DNA from: Pseudobdellovibrionaceae bacterium
GTDB taxonomy: Bacteria; Bdellovibrionota; Bdellovibrionia; Bdellovibrionales; Bdellovibrionaceae
Assembly (NCBI GenBank): GCA_044359815.1
Contig: JBIKLL010000001.1
Location: 81,481 to 145,480, forward strand
Direction of reading: 5' to 3'
DNA length: 64,000 nt
This document shows, piece by piece, positions 18,206 to 26,937 of this stretch (its first letter is position 1; each line of letters starts with the position of its first letter). The translations under genes and the position numbers were made by a program. The notes under the pieces are model-generated. The model was not told where the DNA came from. It did not search any database and worked only from the letters and a program-made list of their open reading frames with translations.

Positions 18206-19008
18206 GTGCCGGGCCTGTATCACCCTTATTATTGGAAAGATACGAACTCAAGTATTTGATCCCAGCTCAACTAGTGGCACCTATCAAAAACTATATTTCT
18301 GCGTTTTGTGACATGGATTATTATTCGCAAATTTCATCAGATGGGTATTACAAAATCAACAGTCTGTATTTGGATACGGATCAACTGACTCTGTACAAAA
18401 ATAAGGTTGCTGATCTGCACAAACGTTTTTCACTGCGAATAAGATCCTATGGGGATTTGCCAAAGCCACCCTATTATTTTGAAATCAAACAAAAAGACCG
18501 AGACTTTGTTAAAAAAATGCGAGCTAAGGTTATGACCGATGATTGGCCTCAGTTTTTTGAATCCTCAGAACATTTTGATCAACTGGATCAGGAATCCAAA
18601 AAAAATCTGCTGAGGTTTGTGGATCTGGCTCATACCTTTGGAGCGAGGCCCTTGGTTATGACCCAGTACCGACGCATGGCTTTTTTATCAACGGTTGATA
18701 ATTATGCCCGAGTGACCTTTGATAAAGAACTGAAATACCATCCAGAAACTGATTACACTACAAAACCAGATGAAACCCGCATGTGCAGCTACGATGATCC
18801 TGAATGCTATGGGGACCCCTTTAGAAACATAGTTCTGGAACTAAAATGTGAACAAAAAATCCCCATGTGGTTTATAGATTTAATCAGAACATTCAGATTA
18901 GAGCGCTGTGGGTTTTCAAAATACGGTAACGTCATTGAAACTGAATACGCCCAGGAAGAATCAGATTTGATATCCCTAGTTCCTGGGACCCGATTCTTTG
19001 GCCGGTGA
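18202..19008 (+). CDS. VTC-domain (polyphosphate polymerase-like, triphosphate tunnel fold) protein
   Basis: RYELKY, INSLYLDT, RFSLRIRSYG, FEIKQK, YRRMAF, RVTFD, VLELK and FSKY motifs; ATGA overlap with the upstream gene. Confidence 0.92.
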   Translation: MSAGPVSPLLLERYELKYLIPAQLVAPIKNYISAFCDMDYYSQISSDGYYKINSLYLDTDQLTLYKNKVADLHKRFSLRIRSYGDLPKPPYYFEIKQKDRDFVKKMRAKVMTDDWPQFFESSEHFDQLDQESKKNLLRFVDLAHTFGARPLVMTQYRRMAFLSTVDNYARVTFDKELKYHPETDYTTKPDETRMCSYDDPECYGDPFRNIVLELKCEQKIPMWFIDLIRTFRLERCGFSKYGNVIETEYAQEESDLISLVPGTRFFGR

Positions 19009-19017
19009 AAATTATTT

Positions 19018-19482
19018 TTATTTTACTTTCTTGAATCTATGGTGACTCATAGTCATAACCAAGGCACAGAAAAAAACTCCCACTGAAATCCATTTGGCAA
19101 AAGTGATCCGACCCAGCCACTCATAAATGGGATCGGAAATATTTACCAGCAATGCCATTAAAATCAAAAGTGTTTCGGTCAGATCAATGAGTCCTGGGAC
19201 AAATACCAAGTGAATTCTTTGCTTGAGCTTGGATTCGGTGCTGTTCACCACGAGCCAAAAAACCGAAGTGTACAGAAAAATAAAAAACAAATCTAAAACT
19301 TCAGTCAGTACGTATCTGGTGTGTTCAAATTCCGAAAGGCCTAAAATATAAGTCTTGGCCTGCAAAGCATCGTAATAAATCCTCAGGTCTAAAATCTGCG
19401 CTGGCATCACGATTAAAATAACCGCGTTGCAAACAACCATTCCCACCAAAAAAGGTCTTAGATAAGGAATTTCCATAGTCAC
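19018..19482 (-). CDS. Hypothetical membrane protein
   Basis: Four hydrophobic segments, LDLFFIFLY and DLTE motifs; overlaps the osmC-family stop. Confidence 0.6.
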   Translation of the reverse strand: MTMEIPYLRPFLVGMVVCNAVILIVMPAQILDLRIYYDALQAKTYILGLSEFEHTRYVLTEVLDLFFIFLYTSVFWLVVNSTESKLKQRIHLVFVPGLIDLTETLLILMALLVNISDPIYEWLGRITFAKWISVGVFFCALVMTMSHHRFKKVK

Positions 19483-19886
19483 ACCGAATATTGGTAAGCC
19501 AATGAAATTTTGACTTCGGGATGTAAGCTTTGATGAACTGGACAGGATTTAGCAAAGGCTTCATATTTTTTACGCTGCTCGGGGGACCAGGATTTAGGTA
19601 GTTTAATCAAGAGCTTCAAAGAACCAATTTTACGAGGCTTGTCTGTCATTTCTTTTTCAACCTCAGCCGTTGATCCCACCATACTTAAACCATCTCTTTC
19701 AACCACAATAGCCATAGTGGTTAAAATACAGCTGGCCAAGGCTGCCCCCACCAAATCCGTCGGTGAAAAGCGCTCACCCTTTCCTAAGTTGTCTTTGGGT
19801 GCGTCGGTTTCGATCTTAGAACCGGATGGTCCGTGTGCCAGTTCGCAGTGTTTATCCCCCGTATACACAGCCTCAGACTTAACCAT
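19479..19886 (-). CDS. OsmC family protein
   Basis: TDAPKDNLGKGERFSPTDLVGAALASC...CPVHQSL. Confidence 0.92.
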   Translation of the reverse strand: MVKSEAVYTGDKHCELAHGPSGSKIETDAPKDNLGKGERFSPTDLVGAALASCILTTMAIVVERDGLSMVGSTAEVEKEMTDKPRKIGSLKLLIKLPKSWSPEQRKKYEAFAKSCPVHQSLHPEVKISLAYQYSV

Positions 19887-19921
19887 ATGGTCTCCTTGCC
19901 AACAGTTAAAAATTTAAAAAT

Positions 19922-19997
19922 TGGTGACCCCACCAGGACTTGAACCTGGATCTGCGGTTTAGGAAACCACTACTCTATCCAGTTGAGCTATGGGGTC
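19922..19997 (-). tRNA. tRNA-Arg (CCT)
   Basis: Minus strand GACCCCA-TA-GCTCAACTGGATAGAGT-A-GTGGT-TTCCTAA-ACCGC-AGAT-CCAGG-TTCAAGT-CCTGG-TGGGGTC-A-CCA. Confidence 0.97.
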
Positions 19998-20056
19998 ACT
20001 GGATGAAGTAGCAATTTATAATCTGGAATTTGTGTGGTGTCTAATTTTTTTAGCGC

Positions 20057-20116
20057 TTATTCTTCGGCAGCTTATTCGTCAGTCTATTCGTCAGTCTATT
20101 CTTCAGTCTATTCGTC
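20057..20116 (-). repeat. Short tandem repeat of the pilR terminus (five GAM-GAA-TAR units, period 12-15 bp)
   Basis: Units start at plus-strand 20057, 20072, 20084, 20096 and 20108. Confidence 0.85.
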
Positions 20117-21514
20117 GTCGCCGTCGTTCTCGTCCATAGTGCCTAAGCCGTATTTTTCAACACGGTAACGCATAGATCTGAAAGTGATGTGCAAAAGCTT
20201 AGCTGCACGTTTTTTAATACCATTGGTGTTGTGAATAGCCTTTACGATCAGCTCTTTTTCGATCTGACCTAGTATCTTATCCAAATCTATACCCTCTGAA
20301 CCAATCTCGATTTCATGGGAACTGGCTAGTTTTCGACCCGTTGGAGTGTTGACAAACGGGGGCAAACTTTCTGGTAAGATTGTTGCGCCGGCTTCCAGGG
20401 CTACGGTTCTTTCGATGATATTTTCCAGTTCTCGGACGTTTCCTGGGTAATCATATTTTTTCAAAAGCTCCATGGCTTCAACCGAAATAGCATTTACAGT
20501 CTTTCCCAATCTGTCGTCATATTTTTTGAGAAAGTGATTCGCCAACAATGGGATGTCGTCTTTGCGTTCACGAAGAGCCGGAGTCCTGATATTAATAACA
20601 TTCAATCGGTAAAACAAATCTTGCCTGAAAGTTCCTTCTTTAACCATAGACTCCAAATCACGATTTGTAGCAGCCATGATTCTGACGTCGACCTTAATGT
20701 CTTCGGTTGCACCCACACGTCGGATTGTTTTTTCTTGAATTGCTCGTAGTAATTTTACCTGAATTGTCACAGGCAGCTCGCCCACTTCATCTAAAAACAA
20801 AGTACCGCCATCGGCGACTTCAAATAAACCAACCTTATCTGCAATCGCACCTGTGAAAGAACCTTTTTTGTGACCAAACATTTCAGATTCCATCAATTGC
20901 TCAGGAATGGCTCCGCAGTTAATCGTCACAAATGGTTTATCTTTCAGTGGACCATTGTAATGAATGGCCTTGGCAACAACTTCTTTACCAGTTCCAGACT
21001 CACCCGTGATTAAAATATTAGTGGCAGTCATAGAAACACGACGAATCAGTTCATAAATTCTGTGCATAGTTTCAGAATTTCCTATCAAATTCTGAAACGA
21101 ATATTCCTTGGTAAGTTCTTTTTTAAGAGTTCTATTTTCAACTTCTAACAATTTACTGCGTAATGCATTTTGAATATTGATGCGGACTTCATCGATTTTA
21201 AAAGGCTTAGTAATATAATCGTAAGCACCGGCCTTCATAGCTTCCACAGCAGATTCAGTCGTACCAAAAGCCGTGATCATCATAAAAACCATATCAGGGT
21301 AAGTGTCTTTAACAAATTTCAGGAGCTCAAGACCTGTCATATGAGGCATCTGCAAATCAGAAATAACCATATCAAAAGATTTCTGTGCAACGATTTCCTT
21401 GGCTTTCAATCCATGCTCAGCACAGGTGACCTCGTAGCCTTCTTTCTTTAGCATGATCTCCAGAAATTCGCGGATTGATTCTTCGTCATCAACTACCAAA
21501 ATACGTGGTTTCAT
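20108..21514 (-). CDS. pilR: Sigma-54-dependent response regulator PilR
   Basis: Receiver domain, GESGTGKE, GSFTGA, YPGNVRELEN, HTH; downstream of pilS and pilC. Confidence 0.88.
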   Translation of the reverse strand: MKPRILVVDDEESIREFLEIMLKKEGYEVTCAEHGLKAKEIVAQKSFDMVISDLQMPHMTGLELLKFVKDTYPDMVFMMITAFGTTESAVEAMKAGAYDYITKPFKIDEVRINIQNALRSKLLEVENRTLKKELTKEYSFQNLIGNSETMHRIYELIRRVSMTATNILITGESGTGKEVVAKAIHYNGPLKDKPFVTINCGAIPEQLMESEMFGHKKGSFTGAIADKVGLFEVADGGTLFLDEVGELPVTIQVKLLRAIQEKTIRRVGATEDIKVDVRIMAATNRDLESMVKEGTFRQDLFYRLNVINIRTPALRERKDDIPLLANHFLKKYDDRLGKTVNAISVEAMELLKKYDYPGNVRELENIIERTVALEAGATILPESLPPFVNTPTGRKLASSHEIEIGSEGIDLDKILGQIEKELIVKAIHNTNGIKKRAAKLLHITFRSMRYRVEKYGLGTMDENDGDDE

Positions 21515-21566
21515 TAGCTGTGCTCTCCCATGATGAAATACCTAATATTATTTTGGATTTTTTGAA

Positions 21567-23141
21567 TTACATTTTCAAAGGAAAGCTGATTTTAAACTCA
21601 GTTCCTAGACCGACATGACTGGAAACTTGGATACCACCCTTATGAAGCTGGATGATTTTATGAGTGACGGCTAGACCTAAGCCAGTGCCTTTAGGTTTTG
21701 TAGTAAAGAACGGATCAAATACTTTGTCCAATATTTTTGCATCAATCCCTGAGCCCTTGTCTTTGATTTTAATTTCGACAGTGTCTTCAAATTTTTCCAT
21801 CAAAACTGAGAGCTGTTTCATTGGTAAAGACTCCATGGACTGCACACCATTGATCATGATATTTAAAAATGCCTGCTTCAGCTTATCTCGATCACCTAAA
21901 ATAACAGCCTTAACTTTGTGAAATTCCAAACTGAGATTCTGACCGTACTGATTTTGCAGCGCCGTTTTAATTTCCTCTAACAAATCTTCCAGTTTTACAA
22001 TATCTGCCGGTTCTTTCTCGGGCTTGGCGTAGTCTAAAAATTCGGTGATCAGTTTATTTAAGCGATCTATTTCTTTTAAAATAATTTTAGACAACTTTTG
22101 ATCTTCAGCAGATTTAAAATTCTGTGACAGTAACTCCACGCTGCCCGATATACTGGCCAGTGGATTTCTGATTTCATGAGCAATACCTGCTGCTAATTGC
22201 CCAATAGCCGCCAATTTTTCAGACTGCCTAACAGTGCGCTCCAGATTTTTAATTTCAGTCAAATCCTCTAAAGCTAAAAACTCCAGATCATCAGAAGGTT
22301 TGAAAAATGTCCCCCTAAGAATCTTACCTTCGAACACAAAATCAGCCTTACCTTTAACCTTCAGCTCTTGAAACGGCAATGTCGGCAATATATTGCTGAG
22401 ATCCTGTCCTTTGATGGCATTTAAATTTGGAATATTTAAAAAAATATTTTGCAAATAGGGATTATAATTCAGAACTTCCAATCTCTGGTTCAGGGTCAAT
22501 AGTCCCAGGGGTAAATGCTCAATCAAAATTTCATTAAGCCTTTTGATGACATTGAAGTTCAGGTTTTGAGCATCCAGTCTTTGCACAAAAAATGACAACT
22601 GATTGTGAACCTGGCCAGAAAACACAGCAATCACAAAAAACGTACTGACGCTTAAAATGTTTAAAAACAAAGTGGTGGAAGTCCTGGGGTCAGGCAACAA
22701 AGCATACTGCCAAGAAAAGCAAACAGAAATAATGCTGGCCGTGATCAAAGCTGGCTTCCTGCCAAACACCAGGCCCACGCAAAGAATATTGATAATAAAT
22801 AATAATAAAAACAAACTTTGATTCAGCTGCACTGTAAAAAACAATAGCAGCAGCAAAAAGCTGTCATTAGCAAAGGTCAGTAGCAGCAGGTTTTTGTTTT
22901 TAAAAACTGTGTCCGAGGTCAAAAACACAATCAGATTGGCCAACAAACCGATAGAGGCCAAAATATAAACATTCCTAGACAGGTCCCAATGAATAAAATC
23001 ATCATTGATTACATAATTTAAAATCGTGAACAGAATTAAAAATAAAAACGTTAAAATTCTGACTGTCTGAATAAAAAACTGATCAGATGATTTACTGACC
23101 AACAGTGATGGAAAATTTCTAACACGGGCTGTGGTTGTCAA
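21567..23141 (-). CDS. pilS: Sensor histidine kinase PilS
   Basis: About six TM helices, PAS-like region, AAGIAHEIRNPL H-box, FFTTKPKGTGLGL. Confidence 0.85.
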   Translation of the reverse strand: MTTTARVRNFPSLLVSKSSDQFFIQTVRILTFLFLILFTILNYVINDDFIHWDLSRNVYILASIGLLANLIVFLTSDTVFKNKNLLLLTFANDSFLLLLLFFTVQLNQSLFLLLFIINILCVGLVFGRKPALITASIISVCFSWQYALLPDPRTSTTLFLNILSVSTFFVIAVFSGQVHNQLSFFVQRLDAQNLNFNVIKRLNEILIEHLPLGLLTLNQRLEVLNYNPYLQNIFLNIPNLNAIKGQDLSNILPTLPFQELKVKGKADFVFEGKILRGTFFKPSDDLEFLALEDLTEIKNLERTVRQSEKLAAIGQLAAGIAHEIRNPLASISGSVELLSQNFKSAEDQKLSKIILKEIDRLNKLITEFLDYAKPEKEPADIVKLEDLLEEIKTALQNQYGQNLSLEFHKVKAVILGDRDKLKQAFLNIMINGVQSMESLPMKQLSVLMEKFEDTVEIKIKDKGSGIDAKILDKVFDPFFTTKPKGTGLGLAVTHKIIQLHKGGIQVSSHVGLGTEFKISFPLKM

Positions 23142-23159
23142 ATGTAGTCATCCCTTTTG

Positions 23160-24377
23160 TTATAACCCCGAAACGTTCGACATATTAAATATTGGCAGAT
23201 ACATAGCAACCATTAAAAATGCCACGACACCACCCAATACAATCATCAGCAACGGCTCAATCATTGAAGTCAATGCTCGGACTGCGACCTCGACGTCCTC
23301 TTCGTAAAAATCGGCAATTTTTGCCAGCATCACATCCAGCGTTCCTGATTGTTCGCCGATAGCCACCATTTGGGTGACCATATCAGGAATGATCTTTTCA
23401 CGAATCAATGGGGACGCTAGTGGCTTACCTACGATCACGGCCTCTTTGCAGCGAATTAAAGCTTCTTCAACAACAATATTGCCTGCGGTTTTTGAAGCAA
23501 TCTCAATAGCCTCGATCAAACCCACCCCTGATGACAACAAAGTAGATAAGGTTCTGGTCATTCGCGCCATTGCAGATTTCAGCAGCAGATCACCTAAAAA
23601 GGGAACTCTGACTAAGTTTCTGTCCATAAAGTTTTTGCCATCATTAGTGCTGTACCAAGTGAAAAACAAATAGGGACCACCCACCATGACCACAACGACG
23701 ATGTACCATTTTTGCAGCAAGAAATTAGAGGTCCCGACCACATACTGAGTCAATGCAGGAAGCTCCTTACCCATGCCTTTGTAGAATTCTTGAAACTGCG
23801 GAATGATAAAAAACAAAATACCTAATACAACTAAGGATGCTACTGCGATGATCAAACCTGGATAAACTAATGCTCCTACGATTTGTTTTTTTAGCTTTTC
23901 TGTTTTTTCTAGGTAAGTTGCCAATCGGTTTAAAATATTATCTAAAATCCCGGCCTCTTGCCCAGCCTTAATCATGTTGACATAAAATCGATCAAACAAT
24001 TCTGGAACCTGAGCCATGGATTCAGCTAAGCCCCGACCACCCTCAATGGATTGTTTCACTCTGGCTGTGCCCGTTTTGATAATGGGATGCTTCCTACCAT
24101 CACCCAAGATCTTTAATGCATCTACTACAGGAATGCCTGCATTGATCAAAGTTGAAAACTGCCGGGTAAAAATCTGTAAGTCTTTGCTGGAAACGGTTTT
24201 GTTAAACAATGAAAACTTGGATCCAATGCCGTCACCGCCAGCGGCTTTCACGACTCTGATGGGTACCAGATTTTTGCTGCGAATTCTGGCTTTTGCATCA
24301 GTCTCATCAGAAGCCTCAACACTACCTTGAATCGAGTTACCGCCAGAATCCTTTGACAGATAAAAATATTTTGCCAT
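23160..24377 (-). CDS. pilC: Type IV pilus platform protein PilC
   Basis: FTRQFSTLINAGIP, GEQSGTLDVML, IEPLL, AMYLPIF; ATG overlaps the pilB stop (TGATG). Confidence 0.95.
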   Translation of the reverse strand: MAKYFYLSKDSGGNSIQGSVEASDETDAKARIRSKNLVPIRVVKAAGGDGIGSKFSLFNKTVSSKDLQIFTRQFSTLINAGIPVVDALKILGDGRKHPIIKTGTARVKQSIEGGRGLAESMAQVPELFDRFYVNMIKAGQEAGILDNILNRLATYLEKTEKLKKQIVGALVYPGLIIAVASLVVLGILFFIIPQFQEFYKGMGKELPALTQYVVGTSNFLLQKWYIVVVVMVGGPYLFFTWYSTNDGKNFMDRNLVRVPFLGDLLLKSAMARMTRTLSTLLSSGVGLIEAIEIASKTAGNIVVEEALIRCKEAVIVGKPLASPLIREKIIPDMVTQMVAIGEQSGTLDVMLAKIADFYEEDVEVAVRALTSMIEPLLMIVLGGVVAFLMVAMYLPIFNMSNVSGL

Positions 24378-26074
24378 CAAGTATCCCTCACCGATGCATT
24401 CAGAACTTCTTCAATAGTGGTTTCGCCCCGTTTCAGTTTCAACAAGGCACTCCGTCTGAGTGTTCGCATACCCTCTTGCCTAGCCAGATTCCTGAGCGTA
24501 GAAGCCGAAGCACCTTCCAAAATAGCATCGCGAATTTTCTCCGACATCAGCATCAATTCAAAAATCGCAATACGGCCCTTAATGCCTGTTCCATTGCAAG
24601 TGGGACAGCCTTTACCCTTAAACAATCTGTATTGGGAAACCTCATTGGGATCCACACCCAGTTGAATCAAAGTTTTTTCTTCAACCGAAATTGGGGCCTT
24701 ACAGCGTTCACAGATTTTACCCACCAGCCTTTGCGCCACAATCAAACTGACCGTCGAAGTCACAATATAAGGGGCCACACCCATTTCGGTTAACCGAGTC
24801 ACCGTCTGCGGAGCATCGTTGGTGTGCAAAGTGCTGACCACCAAATGACCAGTGCTGGCGGCCTTCATGGCAATCTCAGCAGTTTCCAAATCCCGGATCT
24901 CGCCCACCATAATCACGTCTGGATCTTGACGCAAAAAACTTCTGAGTGAGTTTGCAAAGGTCACTCCGATTTCTGAATTCATCTGAACTTGATTGATGCC
25001 TTCCAAATTAAATTCAACAGGGTCTTCAGCCGTAGAAATATTAATGTCAGTTTGGTTCAGTTCTGCCAATGCGGAATAAATTGTCGTGGTCTTACCAGAT
25101 CCCGTTGGTCCCGAAATCAGCAGCAATCCCTGAGGCATTTGGATTGCTGACTTGAAAATCAACAAGTCCTCGGGTTCAAATCCTAGCTTTGTCATATCCA
25201 ACTGTAAGTTTGCTTTATCCAAAAGCCTCAATACGACTTTTTCACCCCAAATAGTTGGCAACACACTGACCCTGAAATCCATCTCAGATTTTCCGCTTCG
25301 GATTTTAATCCTGCCATCCTGGGGCCTGCGCTTTTCAGCGATGTCTAGCTTTGCCATAATCTTTAAGCGACTAGCAATGGCAGCGGCCAAGCTGGTCGAT
25401 TGAGTGGCTGCCACAATCATAATGCCATCGATGCGAAGTCTTACCCGAAACTTTTTCTCGTAGGGTTCAAAATGAATGTCTGAGGCTTTTTTTGAAATCG
25501 CTTCATGTAAAATGGCGTTCACAAACTTGACCACAGGAACGTCTTCAGTTTTTACATCAGTCAGATTAATTAAATCTGGATTCTCAGTGGTGTTGATTTC
25601 ATCCTGCGAATGCTGCTCAACTTCGGTTGAAATGCTGCTCACGCTGGTATTGTAGGACCTGCTGATGGCAGACAAAATAGCAGAATCCAAAGCGACAACG
25701 GGTTGGATTTTACATCGAGTTAAAAATCTCAGATCATCGCGCACAGCCAGATTGCTGGGGTCATTAAACGCAACTACCAAGGTCCCCTCGCCGACTTTTT
25801 GAACTGGAATCAGCACGTTTTTTTCAGCAACATCTTTTGAAACAAGCTTAAGGGCTTCTGGTTGAATCGTAAAATGATTCAAATCAATGCTTGGAATTTG
25901 ATAAATATGTTCCAGAACTTTTAAGATCTGACTTTCTTTCAGAAATCCCAGAGTCACAATGGATTGTGACAAAGTCGCACCACTGCGACGCTGTTCTTCA
26001 ATCGCTTTGGACATCTGATCAGGCTTGATATGTCCTTGTCTTACCAATAATTCCGCTAACTTTGCTGCTGCCAA
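24377..26074 (-). CDS. pilB: Type IV pilus assembly ATPase PilB
   Basis: ASDIHFEP, GPTGSGKTTT, LRQDPDVIMVGEIRD, TGHLVVSTLHTND, two CxxC pairs. Confidence 0.96.
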   Translation of the reverse strand: MAAAKLAELLVRQGHIKPDQMSKAIEEQRRSGATLSQSIVTLGFLKESQILKVLEHIYQIPSIDLNHFTIQPEALKLVSKDVAEKNVLIPVQKVGEGTLVVAFNDPSNLAVRDDLRFLTRCKIQPVVALDSAILSAISRSYNTSVSSISTEVEQHSQDEINTTENPDLINLTDVKTEDVPVVKFVNAILHEAISKKASDIHFEPYEKKFRVRLRIDGIMIVAATQSTSLAAAIASRLKIMAKLDIAEKRRPQDGRIKIRSGKSEMDFRVSVLPTIWGEKVVLRLLDKANLQLDMTKLGFEPEDLLIFKSAIQMPQGLLLISGPTGSGKTTTIYSALAELNQTDINISTAEDPVEFNLEGINQVQMNSEIGVTFANSLRSFLRQDPDVIMVGEIRDLETAEIAMKAASTGHLVVSTLHTNDAPQTVTRLTEMGVAPYIVTSTVSLIVAQRLVGKICERCKAPISVEEKTLIQLGVDPNEVSQYRLFKGKGCPTCNGTGIKGRIAIFELMLMSEKIRDAILEGASASTLRNLARQEGMRTLRRSALLKLKRGETTIEEVLNASVRDT

Positions 26075-26097
26075 ATCGCTTCCTTTTTTAGCTTATA

Positions 26098-26115
26098 TTG
26101 TACGCCTTGGTACAA
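26098..26115. promoter_or_regulatory. Palindrome TTGTAC-N6-GTACAA overlapping a TACAAT -10-like box upstream of pilB
   Basis: Seen directly in the 47-bp gap before pilB; minus-strand TACAAT at 26097-26102. Confidence 0.35.
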
Positions 26116-26121
26116 AAAACT

Positions 26122-26937
26122 TTAACTGGACGATTGGCTATTTAAAAACGAATTCCACTGGGTCAGGTACTCATCCCAACTGAGGTTGGGTAAGGAGCTA
26201 AAATTTTGCAGTATCAAAAAATCTGTTCTGGCCTGAATGTCCGAAGCCGTGACAATTTTATGTCCCACAGCCTCGCCTTCCGTCGTAAGTTTCTTTGATT
26301 CAAAGGTTTTCTGAGCATCTACCACAGCTGAACCTGTCGCTAAAAAGTTGAAAAAACAAATTTCGTTAAAGGTCTCTGAATCATCAGTTTCACTGACACA
26401 ATTGACCAGCAATGACCCATCACTGGCTTGAGTCAGCAAGGCTTTGGGATCTAATTGAATGATCTCAACACCAAAAGTTCTTTGAGTTAATTTATCCAAC
26501 AATTCCGTACAATCATCACTCATTGTGGTTTTAATTTTTCGAAATCCCATCTTGATCAATGTAATAACCGTGTTAATAGCTCGCAGATTGCTGCCAGTGA
26601 CATAGGCATAGTGATGGGTTCTGAGCTCAGGCAATCGCTGAATCAACAAATCCTTCAAAGCTGTAGCAAAAGCATTGCGGGCCCACCAATGAAAATTCTG
26701 TTGTACGACATGGTCTGCGCTTCCGAGCTCGCGAACTTCTAAGGGGATTTCAGACAGTGATTTCATAATTTCTGCATTGCGATCCTCGCCCAACAAAACC
26801 AACTGAAAATGATCGTGCTTGCCCCACCAAAATTTCAGATTCATATCAGTTTGCACCAGCTGCAATTTAACATTGAGTTTTTGTATCCAAAAAGCTTCCA
26901 GGTATTGATTTTGGTTTTGCAGATTTAAAACTTTCAT
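26122..26937 (-). CDS. Degenerate shikimate dehydrogenase (AroE)-like protein
   Basis: Size and residual pattern (LGSADHVV, YVTGS..RA, LIKMGFRKI, LLVNC, VVDA, GHKIVT) match the AroE layout; catalytic motifs not recognisable. Confidence 0.5.
   Translation of the reverse strand: MKVLNLQNQNQYLEAFWIQKLNVKLQLVQTDMNLKFWWGKHDHFQLVLLGEDRNAEIMKSLSEIPLEVRELGSADHVVQQNFHWWARNAFATALKDLLIQRLPELRTHHYAYVTGSNLRAINTVITLIKMGFRKIKTTMSDDCTELLDKLTQRTFGVEIIQLDPKALLTQASDGSLLVNCVSETDDSETFNEICFFNFLATGSAVVDAQKTFESKKLTTEGEAVGHKIVTASDIQARTDFLILQNFSSLPNLSWDEYLTQWNSFLNSQSSS

Noticed and set aside
9944..19921. Active prophage or integrative element between the tRNAs
   Set aside because: No integrase, transposase, phage gene or att duplication seen; kept only as an accessory-block observation.
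20057..20116. Repeat cluster as a CRISPR array
   Set aside because: Units are 9 bp with 3-6 bp spacing, no unique spacers and no cas genes in the window.
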